This document shows positions 1 through 12,750 of a stretch of 64,000 bases of DNA, piece by piece. Positions within the stretch are counted from its first letter, which is position 1; each line of letters opens with the position of its first letter. A model generated the notes under the pieces. The model was not told the DNA's origin and searched no databases. It saw only the letters and a list, made by a program, of their open reading frames with translations. A program made the translations under genes and the position numbers. This stretch comes from the human T2T-CHM13v2.0 reference genome, Homo sapiens: the NCBI RefSeq assembly GCF_009914755.1, contig NC_060927.1. One strand, given 5' to 3'.

Positions 1-34
1 GGGCATTCATTACTTTGTAATCTGGAAAAAAGGT

Positions 35-123
35 ATACACCACATATGTATATATGTATGTATGTTTGTGTGTGTGTGTGTATATATGTGTATGTGCATA
101 TATGTTTCTGTGTATGTGTATAT
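35..123. repeat. Compound (TA)/(TATG)/(TG) microsatellite
   Basis: tatacacacacatatgtatatatgtatgtatg...gtgtgtgtgtgtgtatatatgtg is directly visible. Confidence 0.9.
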
Positions 124-1094
124 AAAATCTCATATCTGAAAATCAACCAAGATAAAAATCCAGCAGAACTCTATATTATAGCAGTGTTTTGGTAAAATTT
201 TATAGTGTGACAAAAAGAATTAATATTTCGGTCCTAAGTTTTAACACCCACCCACGTGTTCTTTTTACATATCCACTTTTCACATCTCTGCTTACATTTT
301 TTCTTTAATTAGAAATTTGAGGCAGAATCACTTCTGTCTGCTGATGTTTAAGGAAAAAAAAAACTTCCAAACAAATCTATGTCTGTATGCAGCTTTCTCA
401 CCATCATTATGAAAAGGAATTTGGAATTGTTGACACTTTCTTCTATATAGACATAAACCTTCCCTTTTGATAGCTTTTTTTAAAGCAGGGTTTACTTTTT
501 AGATCATTTTACCCACAATTTCCGCAAGCTTTCTTCTTTCAGCAGAAGACTTGATGGCCAGCCAGGAAAGGTCATTAAATCTTTCAAAGATAAATCTTCA
601 GCCTTTACCCACTCTTGAACCACAATGGACATGCATACACACTTTTCCAATCTTATCTCTAATTTGTTTCCAGCAATTTTCTTCTATGCTGAACTACCTC
701 TGTAAGAACTTTAGTACACATTTATTGCTCTCTCTAAATATTTGCTTTTGCCATTCAGGCTACTTGGATGGTCCTTTTCAGTCTTCCATATCAATGTGAA
801 TGTATAAATGGTCTTCAAAATGTATTCTTTTTTATTGTTGAAAGTTTTTTCAATCATATTATAATTCTACTTTTTTAAAACAATTAGAAGACAAATACTA
901 TACTAAACTTTATTAGCTGCTTGATATTCCTAAGTAGTAACAGTTTGAAAGGAGATATATGTTTAAAGCAATTTAAAAACTTTATATAGTGCACAGCTAA
1001 AATTCACAAATGCATGAATGTTTAATTAATGAACCACAACACTATTACTCTGGAGACAGCTGAGAGAGAAACGTTCAGCAGTCATTTAAAGTGC

Positions 1095-1410
1095 CACTTG
1101 CTGCTATGGGAATAAATTAGCACAAGTCTTTTAAAGAGCACTATGTCAACATGTATCAAAAATTTATTTAAATTTGCTTTATTCTCTTTATTAGAGCAAT
1201 TAAATTTCTAGAGATTTATTTTAAAAATAGTTATGTGTCAGAAGGCAAATATTTTGCTATGTGGATGTTCTATGCAGCATTGTTTAGAATTGTAAAATTT
1301 ACAAAATTATAAGCTTGAACACAGGGATATATTAAGAAAAGAGTATTATAATCATATGGTAAAACACTATGTATCATTAAAATCATATTTTAGAGAATAT
1401 TTATTTATTT
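1095..1410 (+). mobile_element. Highly decayed ancient L1 (L1ME-like) fragment from the ORF2 end/3' region
   Basis: ttgctgctatgggaataaattagcacaagtctttt...atgtatcaaaaattt and atgttctatgcagcattgttt resemble old L1 3' motifs. Confidence 0.5.
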
Positions 1411-1459
1411 ATGATTTAATTTAAAGATGGGTTTAGGTTTTTCTTTTTAATTTTTTTCA

Positions 1460-2004
1460 ATTGTTGCCATTTATATCTATGTGTACCTAATGTTTAGCTC
1501 ACACTTATGAGAACATACAGTATTTGGTTTTCTATTTGTGCATTAATTTGCTTAAGATAATGAGCTTGAGCTGCATCCATGTTGCTGCAAAGAACATAAT
1601 TTTGTTCTTTTTGTGGCTGTATAGTATTCCATGGTGTATATATACATTTTCTTTATCCAATACATCCTTGATGAGCAATGTGGATTAATTCCATGTCGTT
1701 GCTATTTTGAACAGTGCTATGATGACTATAGGAATGCAGATTTTTTTTGTGGAATTATTTATTTTCCTTTGGGTATATAATCAGTAATGATATTTCTGGG
1801 TTGAATGGTAGTTCATCTCAGTTTCTGAGAAATCTCCAAACTGCTCTCCACAGTGGCTGGACTAATTTACATCCCCACCAACTATGGATAAGTGTTTCCT
1901 TTTCTCTGCAACCTTACCAACATTTGTTATTTTTTGACGTTTTAACAAAAGCCATTCTGACTGGTGTGAGACGTTATTCTGTTGTGGTTTTGATTTGCAT
2001 TTTC
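1460..2004 (-). mobile_element. L1 3' portion (L1PA15/16- or L1PB-like), the non-inverted arm of a 5'-inverted L1
   Basis: Antisense L1 text gagaacatacagtatttggttttc...gccattctgactggtgtgaga...ttgatttgcatt; ORF 1747-2013 is the antisense reading of ORF2. Confidence 0.9.
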
Positions 2005-2084
2005 GGCTCATAAATTGGAAGAATCAATATTGATAAAATGGTCATACTGCCCCAAACAGTTTACAGAATCAAGATATTCCTATC
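2005..2084 (+). mobile_element. L1 ORF2 fragment in opposite orientation (start of the inverted arm), interrupted by the MST provirus
   Basis: gctcataaattggaagaatcaatattgataaaatggtcatactgccc matches sense ORF2 (GRINIVKMAILP region). Confidence 0.85.
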
Positions 2085-4507
2085 TGATACAGTTTGAATG
2101 CTTGTCCCCTCCAAATCTCATGTTTAAATGTGACCTCCAATGTTAGAGGTGGGCCCAGTGGGAAGTGTTTGGGTTATTGGAGCAGATTCTTCATGAATGG
2201 CTTGGTACCTTCCCCATGGTAATGAGTGAATTCTCACCCTGTTAGTTCACAAAGGAGGTGATTGTTTAAAGGAGCATGGCACCCCTCCTCTCTCTCTCTT
2301 GCCCTGCCTCTCACCATGTGACATTGCTGTTCCTCCTTTGCCTTCCACCAGAAGCTTATGGTTCCTATACATTTGCAGAACAATAAGCCAGATAAATCTC
2401 TTTTCTTTATAAATTACCCTGTCTCAGGTATTCTTTTATAATGCAAAATAGACTAATACAGAAAATTGGTACCAACGAGGGCATGTCTATAAAGATACTT
2501 GAAAATGGGGAAGTGGCTTTGGGACTGGCGGATGTTGGAAGAGTTTGAAGGGCTCATAAAGAGACAGGAAGATGAGAGAAAGGTTGTAACTTAATAAAGA
2601 GTGATTTAATGGTTGTGACCAAAATGCGGATAGACATGAGGACAGTGAAGACCAGCCTTATGAGGTCTCAGATGGTAATAAGGAACTTATGCAGGACTGG
2701 AGCAAAGGTTACCCTTTTACCCTAAGCAAAAGGTTATGCCCTAGCAAAGAACTTGACTGCACTGTGCCCATGTGCTAATGATTTGTGAAAGGTTAAACTT
2801 AAAAGTGATAACCTAAAGTATCCAGCAGAAGAATTTTCTATGCAGCAAAGGATTCAAGATGTGGTACGGCTCCTTCTAGCATCCTATTATCTGATGTGGG
2901 AGCAAAGAAATGATGTAAAACTGGAAATTATAATTAAAAGGAAAGTAGAGAATAAAAGTTTGGAAAATTTGCATCTTGGCTATGTGGTAGAGAAGGAAAG
3001 AGCATTTTCAAGAGAGGAAATCAAGAGGAATGAATAGTAACCTCTTGCTAGAGAGATTTGCATGACAAAATGGGAGCCAAGTGCCAATTGTCAAGACAAT
3101 GGCAAAAAGTCCTGGAAGACTTTTAGTTTTCAGGACCATCCCTATCACCACAGGCCCAGAGATCTAGGAGAAAAGAATGGTTTCAGAGGGCAGTCCCAGG
3201 GCACCATTGCCCTGCACCATCTTGAGAGGCTGCTTTTTACATTCTGGCTGCTCTAGTTCAGCTCCAGCTATGTCTCAAAGGGCCCTAGATATGACCTGGA
3301 CTGCCACTTATGAGAGTGCAAGCCACTGTAAGCCTTGGTGGTTTCCACGTGGTGAGAAGCCTGGAGAAACACAGAATGCTAGAGAAAACAAGGCTTGACA
3401 GCATCCACCTAGATTTCAGAGGATGTATGGGAAAGCCTGAGTGTCCAGGCAGAAGCCTGTGCCATGGGCAGAGCCTCCGCAGAGAGCCTCTACTAGGGCA
3501 ATGCTGGGGAGAAATGTCTAGATGGAGTCCCCATGTTGTGGCCCTACCAGGGCACTGTCTCATTGGATCTGTGGGACTGGGGCCACCGCCCTCCAGACCT
3601 GAGAATGTAAAGCCAATGGAAGCCTACACTCTGAGCATAGAAAAGCCACAGCACTCAACTCCAAACCATGAGAGCAGCTATGAGGGCTGCACTCAGCAAA
3701 GACACAGGGGTGGAGCTGCCCAAGGCTTTGGGAGCCCACCCCTCACACCAGTGTGCCGGGATATAAGAAATTGAGTCAAGAAAAATTATTTTGGAGCTTT
3801 AAGGTTTAATGACTACCCTGCCTGGTTTCAGACTTGGGTGGAGCCTATTGCCTTTTTCTTTTGGCCAATTTCTTCCTTTTGGAATGAAAATATTTACCCA
3901 ATGCCTGTACCACCATTGTATCTTGGAAGAAAATAACTTATTTTTGCTCTTGCAGGATCATAGGTGGAAAGAACTTGCCTCGAGTCTCAGATGAGACTTT
4001 GGACTTTGAGTTGACACTGGAACAAGTTAAGACTTTGGGGGGCTACTGGGAGGACATCAATGTATTTTGCAATGTAAGCAGAACATGAGATGGAGGGGCA
4101 GTCCGAGGAAGAATGATACAGTTTGGACATTTGCTTCCTCCAAATCTCATGTTGAAATGTGACCCCTAGTGATGGAGGTGGGCCTAGCGGGAGGTGTTTG
4201 GGTCATGGAAGCAGATCCCTCATAAATGGTTTGGTAACCTCCTCATGGCTGTGAATGAGTTCTCACTCCATTTGTTCACATAAAAGCTGTTTGAACCTCT
4301 TGGTACCTCCTTTTCTCTCTCTTGTTCCCTCTCTCTCCATGTGACTCGCTTGCTCATCCTTTGCCTTCTGTCATGATTGGAAGCTTCCTGAGGCCCTCAG
4401 GAAGTCTGCAAAACTATAAGCCAAATAAACCTCCTTTTAATAAATAACCTAGTCTCAGGTATTTATTTATAACAACACAAGACAGCATAACACCAAAAAG
4501 GACTAAT
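2085..4507 (+). mobile_element. Full-length MSTB-like MaLR (ERVL-MaLR) provirus: 5' LTR 2085-2460, internal region 2461-4113, 3' LTR 4114-4507
   Basis: Both LTRs begin tgatacagtttg...ccaaatctcatgtt and end with gactaat(aca); gaaaattggtacc follows the 5' LTR and a purine tract precedes the 3' LTR; the ~1.65-kb internal region is MST/THE1-int-like; ORFs between 2840 and 3994 are decayed internal sequence. Confidence 0.93.
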
Positions 4508-4642
4508 TTAATTCCCACCAACAATGTATAAATGTTCCCTCTTCTCGAAAGCCTTGTCAGTATTTGATATCTTTGGATTTTTTTAACAAAAGCCATTCTG
4601 ACTGGTGTGAGATGGTATCTCATTGTGGTTTTGATTTTTCTC
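4502..4642 (-). mobile_element. Second copy of the antisense L1 segment (duplicate of 1861-2004)
   Basis: actaatttaattcccaccaacaatgtata...gccattctgactggtgtgagatggtatctcattgtggttttgattt. Confidence 0.88.
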
Positions 4643-5253
4643 TGCTCATGGATTGGAAGAGTTAGTATCATTAAAAAGACCATATTGTCAAAAGGAATTT
4701 ATGCACTCAATGCTATTCTTATCAAACTACCTATTTCATTTTTCACAGAATTAAGTAAAACCCTTCTAAAATTCATATGGAACCAAAATAGTTCCCAAAT
4801 AGGTACAGATATACTAAGCAAAGAGAGTAAAGCCAGATGTATCACATTACCCAACTTCAAATTATAGTACAAGTTGACAGTAACCAAAAGAGCATGGTAC
4901 TAATACAAAATGGACACACAGACCAATGGAACAAAATAGAGACCCAGAAATAAAGACATATCTATAACCATGTGATCTTTGGCAGAGTTGATGAAATAAG
5001 TAATGAGAAAAAGACTCCCTCTTCAATAAATGGTGCTGGAACAACTGGCTATCCAGATGCAGAGGAATGAAACTGGACCCCTACATTTTACCATATAAAA
5101 AATTAACTAAAAATGAATTAAAGACTTAAATGTAAGCCCCCAAACTATAAAAATCATAGAAGAAACCCTAGAAAATACCCTTCTCGATACTGACCTTGGC
5201 AAAGAATATTTATACACATGCTTAAACTCACTAATTTTGAGAATAAGAGTTTA
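4643..5253 (+). mobile_element. L1 ORF2 fragment (inverted arm), decayed
   Basis: ORF 4607-4867 gives [48 protein letters not shown], homologous to L1 ORF2p. Confidence 0.9.
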
Positions 5254-5733
5254 GAAAATATTAGGTTTCCTTACTTTTTTAAATCAAGATATTCTAAAGT
5301 GATAAATGCATACAACATTACAGAATATACTTTAAAATAGGCCAGAAGTTATTGGAAATTAGCATAGTTAGTTGAATTTTCTATTTGCTCACCTATATTT
5401 TCTATTTTTATGTAATAAATACACCTAGTTTCTCTAAATACATAGAAAATAGGCATTTAAAAATAGTTTCCAAGAACATTTATGTACATAGAAAACATTT
5501 ATGACATAATTTTAAGTGAAAGTCTCAAAATTGTACCTAAAGTTTAAACCAAACTTTCTTTAATGCATTAAAATGTGAAGAAATATTCTTTCTGATTGGA
5601 GAATTAATGGGAAACTTCTGTGTGTGTGTCTACGCACTCTTTAATTTTACTTTATTTGTTAAACTTTCTGTGATAAGCATTTATCCACTTCATATATTTT
5701 TAAAATATTAAACATTTAAAGCAAAATTCAATT

Positions 5734-5835
5734 CCTCTTTTGCTTATATTACAAGTTATTTTAAAAATAAATTTATGTTTAATAACCCTCTTTGACTTAT
5801 ATTACAAGTTATTTTAAAAATAAATTTATATTTAA
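5734..5835. repeat. Two-copy tandem duplication, period 53 bp
   Basis: cctcttttgcttatattacaagttattttaaaaataaatttatgtttaa recurs as cctctttgacttatattacaagttattttaaaaataaatttatatttaa. Confidence 0.92.
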
Positions 5836-6584
5836 GAGAAGGTGAGCTGCAGTCATTTTTATGCTACTTAAACACACCGATTATAAGTGCAACAATTATT
5901 TTCTTTATGTAGTGTGCCATAAAGTGAACCTCCATAAAATAACACTATGTATGTCAGTGGTAGGATATGTTAAGGAAGAAAGAAGTTCTTGATTATGAAG
6001 ACTTTATTTTAACAACCACTAAGAGATGATTTTTATACAGAATGGAAAAGTTTTGTGTTTGAGACCATTTGTTGAGCAACAAATATATAATTTTCTCTAT
6101 TTGATAATTTTGATTTATAACCCTGAATGGAGGGTTGTGCAAATGTTCAAATCATTCTTCACTTCCAACTCTTTATAGCTGGGTTCCTTTCTTTGCATAG
6201 GCTGGTCTCTACTGAGGACTGTTTAATGTTGCTGAAGTCTGAAGAAGCCTACTTTCAAATAATAAACTTTTTTTCTTATAGAATGTAAATACAATGCATT
6301 GTGCTTAAGTAGTTTGTTGGAAGAAATGACCTACCTACTTTATTTTCTTCCACATATTAGTGACCTGCTAAAGGTAACATTGGTGCCCTTGAGATTGGGC
6401 TCCACACTCTGGGAAGCAATATAGAGCCAGATTATTTGCTCTAGGAAACACATCCAGCAAGTTTGCTTTCGTGACAACGCTTGTATGCAAATGCAAGGAT
6501 GGAAGGCTTGTTCTGTCTGTTCCTATGGTACCTCTGTAAGTACAATTTCTTTCCATATACCAAAGACATCAGTAACACCCAAGG

Positions 6585-6805
6585 TAGGGTTTCTTAATTT
6601 CAACATTATTGACTTCAGGGACCAGATAACTCCTTATCGGGGGTAGAAGCGGTGCTTTCTTGTGCAAGGCAGAATGTTTAGCAGTATCTTAGCCTCTATT
6701 CCCTAGATGCCAGAGGCAGCCTCCAGTTATGACAACCAAAATAACGTCTCCAGACATTGTCATATGTTCCCTGGGGGCAAAATAGCCTCCAGATGAGAAC
6801 TGCTG
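6585..6805 (-). mobile_element. MER20 (hAT-Charlie non-autonomous DNA transposon)
   Basis: gacaaccaaaataacgtctccagacattgtcatatgttccctgggggcaaaatagcctcc; degenerate 8-bp TSD acccaagg/atctaagg. Confidence 0.88.
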
Positions 6806-6859
6806 ATCTAAGGGAAATTATAAAATATTAATAACAACTATTTCATAACAGAATGATAA

Positions 6860-6955
6860 ATAGGCCTGAATTTGAATCTTGATTCTACTGTAGTAGTTAC
6901 TGAAACATACAGTCTTTGAGTCTCAGTTCCTCCACCTATAATATTTGAATAATAT
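6860..6955 (+). mobile_element. MIR fragment
   Basis: cctgaatttgaatcttgattctact...ctttgagtctcagttcctccacctataa. Confidence 0.55.
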
Positions 6956-7694
6956 TTTTCATATGTATAGCATGACCCACAATCCATCTGCAACTTTAGT
7001 ACCTCCCAGGGCAAATACTTTCATTTGTCAGTAAGAGATCATTTCAAGAGAGATGTGAGAAGGCAAGAGTAATGTGTGTGTTGTCTCCTCCTGCCGCACA
7101 CATCTAAAGCTCCTTGGTGAGGACTGGCACACCAGTGTTAAGAAGTGTTTGTCTTCAAAGATTCTTATGGGAGTTTTTCTCCTTTGAACCAATGAAGTTT
7201 ATATAGTTTATTCCATGTTTAATATTTTCTTCCATTCAATTAAAGCTAAAATTATAGGAAAACAACATTGCAGCTACCTAAACTAGCTGAGAAGTAGGCA
7301 GAAAAAAATACATTTCACTCAACTCTATGGCAAACTGGCAAACAGTTGAGGTTGGTCCTACTAAACATGGAATCCCAATTTGTAACCATGATTGCCCTTC
7401 TGAATATGGTAATGCTTTCATGTAAAGAAAATTAAAACTTAAACAAAAATATATTTAAATACACAGTTCACTGGAATTTTGTCTATCCACATCCAGACGA
7501 TTGGAAAGAGTGCATATTTCTTCAAAACTTGTATTCTCAGTGATTTAGTCTCCATTGTTCATATTTGTTCATTTTAGTCCCTTAGAGAAAAAGGTTTCTT
7601 TTTGGCAAAGAAGCAATACATTAACAAAAATGCTTGTTTTTACATTTGTAACCAGTTTATAGTTTATATTAAAGTAGTACTTAGATTTCATCTA

Positions 7695-7719
7695 TACACA
7701 CACACACACGCACACATAT
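7695..7719. repeat. (CA)n microsatellite
   Basis: tacacacacacacacgcacacatat. Confidence 0.9.
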
Positions 7720-8899
7720 AGTTGATGATAAACAAAAATATCCTGACAAGTTATTGAAATGGAGAAAGAAAATCGAATCCGTCTTAAAGAATAATAAACA
7801 GGGATGGGTGGAATCATAGCTCTTTTATGTATAAATGAATATTTAGAGTTTGAAAACCTAGGATATAATGCAAGGCAAAGAGACAAAAGTGGTAGCTATA
7901 GAAGGGAGAGAGCATAGCAGAAGTTAGAGGACATAAGTCTTTGTCATCATATCAGAGACACAGAGAAATCTAGGGGAATTTGCTGTAAGCAGTAATCTGC
8001 ATACAATTTAAAGATTTGGGGAGGTACAAGGTTGGATAGAGTTGTTTTTCTCATCTGGAATGTTTTTTCTCCTATTCTCCATGGATCCTATATGTGTTTT
8101 TGTTTTTTGAAGGGTTAATGGAAAAGTTTATTACAGCAGAGGAGATAAACTATTTAATCCATTATTTAGTCTGACTTTTGAGCCACCAGTCACTGGTTGT
8201 CTATTTCACTAACACATACAGATCAGAAGGTGCTCAATGTAAAAGGAGCATAGTTCTTCAGGTGACATGTAACTCTGACATCTAAATTTGTTGGTCATGC
8301 TTGATGTGGGACCATCACTTTGAGTTCATTTTAGCTATAGAAACTTGTGAGATCTGAGTCTGGAAATATGTTCCTTTGTAGAAATGCAGTGATAGTAAAA
8401 AATAATTGACAGAAAAGTCAGGCAGGACTTATGTCCCTAAAACCACTTAACAATAATTATACCTCCAATGCTGAACATCTAGTCTTATAAGAAGGAAATT
8501 GAATACTTAGGTAAACTGTATTAGAAACATTGACTAGACCATGAGAAGTACATTTTAAAAATCATCTGAATGATTGACTTTGAAACCACATATCTAGGTT
8601 CTTCAATCTCATGAAAACTTCCTATTCTTCCTGCTTCTTCATCAAATTACTCACAACGCCACTGTTCTTTCACTTCATAAAGCTGTCAAACCATTAGTTA
8701 TTCTTTTCTGGTTAGTTCTAAACCATTTCAATGATTCTAGCTTAGTTTTTTTTCTGTTTGACATTATCAACTCTCTTATGTATTATATCATATTTTCAGT
8801 ACAATCAGAAAAAAATTCCAATCCTGTATCAATCTTTCTATCATCTCTAAACCTAAGCATAGTCCAGGGCGAAATCTACCCACACTCACAGATGGGTGC

Positions 8900-9429
8900 T
8901 CTGATGGTTAATTTTATGTGTCAACTTGAATGGGTTAAGGGATACCCAAATAACTGGAAAGCATTATTTACGGAAATATGTGGGAGGCTATTTCTGAACT
9001 ATTGATAGATTTGCACTTGAATCAGTAGATTTAGTAAAGAAGATCTGTCCTCACCATTGTTGGTGGGTATCTTCCAATCTACCAGGGGCCCAGATAGAAC
9101 AAAAAGGTGGAGGAAGGGCAAATTTTGTCTCTGCTCGAGTTGGGACCTCATTCTTCTCCTACCATGAGACAGAAGCACCCCCGGTTCTTGTGCCTTTGGA
9201 TTAGAAATTGGATGTACACATTGACACTTCTGGTTCTCCAGCCTTTGAGTTTGGACTGGAACTATTCCAGTGGATTTCCTGGGCCTCCAGTTTGCATATT
9301 GCAGATCATGGGGCTTCTCAGCATCCAAAATCATGTGAGCCAATCCCTCAAAATAAGTATCTATTTGTCTTTCTATGTATCTACCTACCTCCTTTGGTTT
9401 TATTTCTCTGGAGAACCCTGACTAATACA
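8900..9429 (+). mobile_element. MLT2 (ERVL) solo LTR
   Basis: Begins tgatggttaattttatgtgtcaacttga and ends ctctggagaaccctgactaataca; 5-bp TSD ggtgc/agtgc. Confidence 0.9.
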
Positions 9430-11446
9430 AGTGCTTCTACATATTCATAGTCTCCAACATAAATTGGACCTGGCAATCCCACTATATTTATTTTATCTCC
9501 TTTTCTACATGGTAGATAATTTTAAATGTTCCATTCTTCTCATAACATTTTTCATATCCTATTAATCAAACTTCATTTTTAGCAGATGTTTTTGCATACT
9601 GTTCATAGACTCAAGCAATGAGATGAGAATTTAAGCTTTCATCCACAAATCTGTGAATGAGGATATGTAACAACACTTTACTGCTTCTTACTAAGGCATA
9701 GGAGAACTGTTCTTTCTACTCATTATCTATTTCTAATCCATCCTTTCTCATCATAGCTCTGACTTTCATCTGATCCTGCAATCTCTCAAACTCTGCTTCA
9801 CATCATGTAATGATGTGATGCCTCTCACATCATTACATATAACCACCTTTTTCTCCGCATTAAAATTGAGAAGAAAATACGCAATAATATTCAAATGTTC
9901 TTTGCCTTTGCACATTCCTCCACTTTATGCTCTGGAAAATAAATCACCCATTTTATATCCAACGTGAATAGCCCACAGATTACAGAACGAACATCCTTTG
10001 GGAAACAAAAAGACATGTGACCTTGGTGAAACAAGTGAAAGAATAAATATATAAAACATCTATGAACAAGTAAAGGAAAGAAAAGCTTGAGAGAAGGAGG
10101 CCCAAGGGTGAAAGTGATGGCCATATTTTGGTGCTCATGTCTTGCACCAGACTAAGGTTCTGTGACTATGGATTAACTTAGGACAAAGGTGTTTTAGTAA
10201 TTAAATTGAAATGATATTTAAGAAAGACACCATGGAAGTCCTACTGAATTTGAAATTTTAGTTTAGAAAAGATCTGATTTGGATGTTTTATGTAGAAAAC
10301 AAAATTTAGGCCACATTATTTTTATTTCATATAATACAGGCAGTTTAAAAGTATTGCTTCTATTTGCAAAATGAGTTTATTTATTAAAATAATTAAAAGT
10401 GTATAACAAAGAAGTCAATGTTAGATTTCCCAGGGTTAGTTTAACAATACCATTCTGTACTTTTAGACATATTATTTCAAGAAATAATATTATAAATTAT
10501 GATACTATAATCAGAAAAGCTTTAAAATTACTGAAAGGAGTATTGTTTATTTCATAGCCTCCTATTTTTGTTTATAGAAATAATTTCCCATTATCTGAGA
10601 ACTAATTGAAATTTTGTAGAAGTCTGTTCCTTGTTTTATCTTTTTTACTTCCTTGCTATAATATTAAATAAAAGAGATGAAATCTTACTGATATTTCTTT
10701 ACTTTTTACAATCAACCACACTAAAACCTTATTTTAAAACTAATGAGAAAGAGGGTTTGCCATCCAATCGTAAAAAATATTCTAGTCTTTCACATAGGTA
10801 ATTATTTTAAGGTCATAAAACAAACTATATACTTATAAGTCACACTATAAATAAAAAATTAAAATTATATCATCAATTTTTTAAATTAATAGTTGCATTT
10901 GGATTTTACATTTGAATGTTTCTGGTTCTGCCTTCTCCCTGCTATTATTTTGGCAATTAAAAGGTAAATTTGTTTATGTATATACATATGTATACATACA
11001 TACATATTTCTTCAAAGACTGAGACAAAATTAACCAAGGAAACGTATTCCTTTATTTAATTTTGTTTACTTATTATTAAATAAGTAATGGCCTTTGTTCT
11101 CACATTTTATATTATTTCAGCTAACAATTACTGAGTGTTTTCTATTAACTATATATTGATATTGTAACAGGAAGAATAAACATGAAATATTGAACGTGGC
11201 CTCTCTGGGAACCCAAATGGAGATATACAAATAAAGAAGTCATGGCATAATCTATATATGTATAAAATACTATGAAGGGACATGAATTAGTTTGGCTTTA
11301 TGTGGTAGAATTAGAGAAAGAAGATACTCATTGAAGTCCACATCTTTTTAGGAAAGAATAGAGAAAGAAGAGCGAATTATAAAGAAGTAACTGCATGAGC
11401 AAAAATCAAGATATTTTGATTCTTTCTGTCTTGCAAAGTCAGAGAC

Positions 11447-12750
11447 TGGAATTTTACTTAGGTTTTTTTTCCACAGAAAATTTAAAATTGTGTGATAGTA
11501 ATCTGTTCATTCTATAGGTGTTTAAGCATTTTATTACTATAGACTATAAAACTTACAAATTGCTCTTTTATGTAATTATTTTATTTTAAAATTATTATTA
11601 ATGTATTTGATAATTTTTATTTTCACTTATTTAGTAAAATTTATCATAGGTAAAGAAGTTATTTTAACAGGTTTTCATATTAAGAAGTCCATTGCAGAAT
11701 AAAAACTAAAACCAAATTACAGGCTATCTTTTACAGAAATTATATACATCTCCTTTCAGCACCATTTTGCTTACCTTCTATAATCAGTCACTTAGCTACA
11801 CCTGAAGCTTCCACAGATATTTTGCTGGGCTGATGGTGGATCAGAGTATGTGAGAGGTAAGAGTTTGGATGATGTATAAAGCCACCGATGGATAGTTTGA
11901 AAACTATCCAGTCATCAAAAGATTAATACCTAGAATATATAAGGAACTCAAACAACTGAAGAGCAAAAAGAAAAAACCACAAATAATCCAATGTTAAAAT
12001 GGGCAAATTATCTAAATAAAAATTTCTGAAAATAGGGCAAACAAATGTCCAACAGCTATATGAAAAAAATGTTCAAAATCACTTGCAATTATGAAAATGT
12101 AAAACAAAATCACAATGAAACATCATCTTACCCCAGTTAGAATGACTATTATAAAAACAAAAAACAAAAAACAAAAAAAAACACATGCTAGCAAAGATAT
12201 GTTGAAAGGGGAAGGCTAGTACACTGTTGGCGGAAATTTAAATTAGTACAGCCAGTATAAAAAGCAGTATGGAGGTTCCTCAAAAAACTAAAATTAGAAC
12301 TACCATATGATCTGGCAATCTCACTGCTGAATATATATCAAAACGAATGAAAATCTGTACTTCTATGTTTATTGTAGCATGTTAACAATAGCCAAAAAAT
12401 GGAATCAACCTCAGCATCCACCAGTGAAATGGATGAATTTAAAAATTGTGTGTATATGTGCAATAAAAAGAAAATCTTGGCATGTACAACAACATGGGTG
12501 TAATTAATAGAAATTGCATTAAGTGAAATAAGTCAGGCACAGAAACACAAATATCACATGTTCTCATTCATATGTGAGAGCTAAAAAAAGTTGATTTCAT
12601 GGAAGTAGACAGTAGAATAATAGTTTTCAGAGGCTGGAAAGTGTAGCAAGGAGGGAGCGATGAAGAGAGGTTGGTTAATTGGTATGCATATACTGTTAGA
12701 GAGAAGGAATAAGTTCTTGTGTTCAACAGCACAGTAGGGTGACTATAAAT
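11447..12750 (+). repeat. Dispersed duplication, copy 1 (unique DNA plus truncated L1MA)
   Basis: Colinear with 35310-36600 from tggaattttactta to cacagtagggtgactata. Confidence 0.95.
11896..12750 (+). mobile_element. L1MA 3' region, missing its terminal ~200 bp
   Basis: gattaatacctagaatatataaggaactcaaacaact...gagaggttggttaattgg...gcacagtagggtgactata. Confidence 0.88.

Noticed and set aside
2840-3994. ORF cluster up to 154 aa
   Set aside because: It lies within the decayed MST internal region and is broken by stops and frameshifts.
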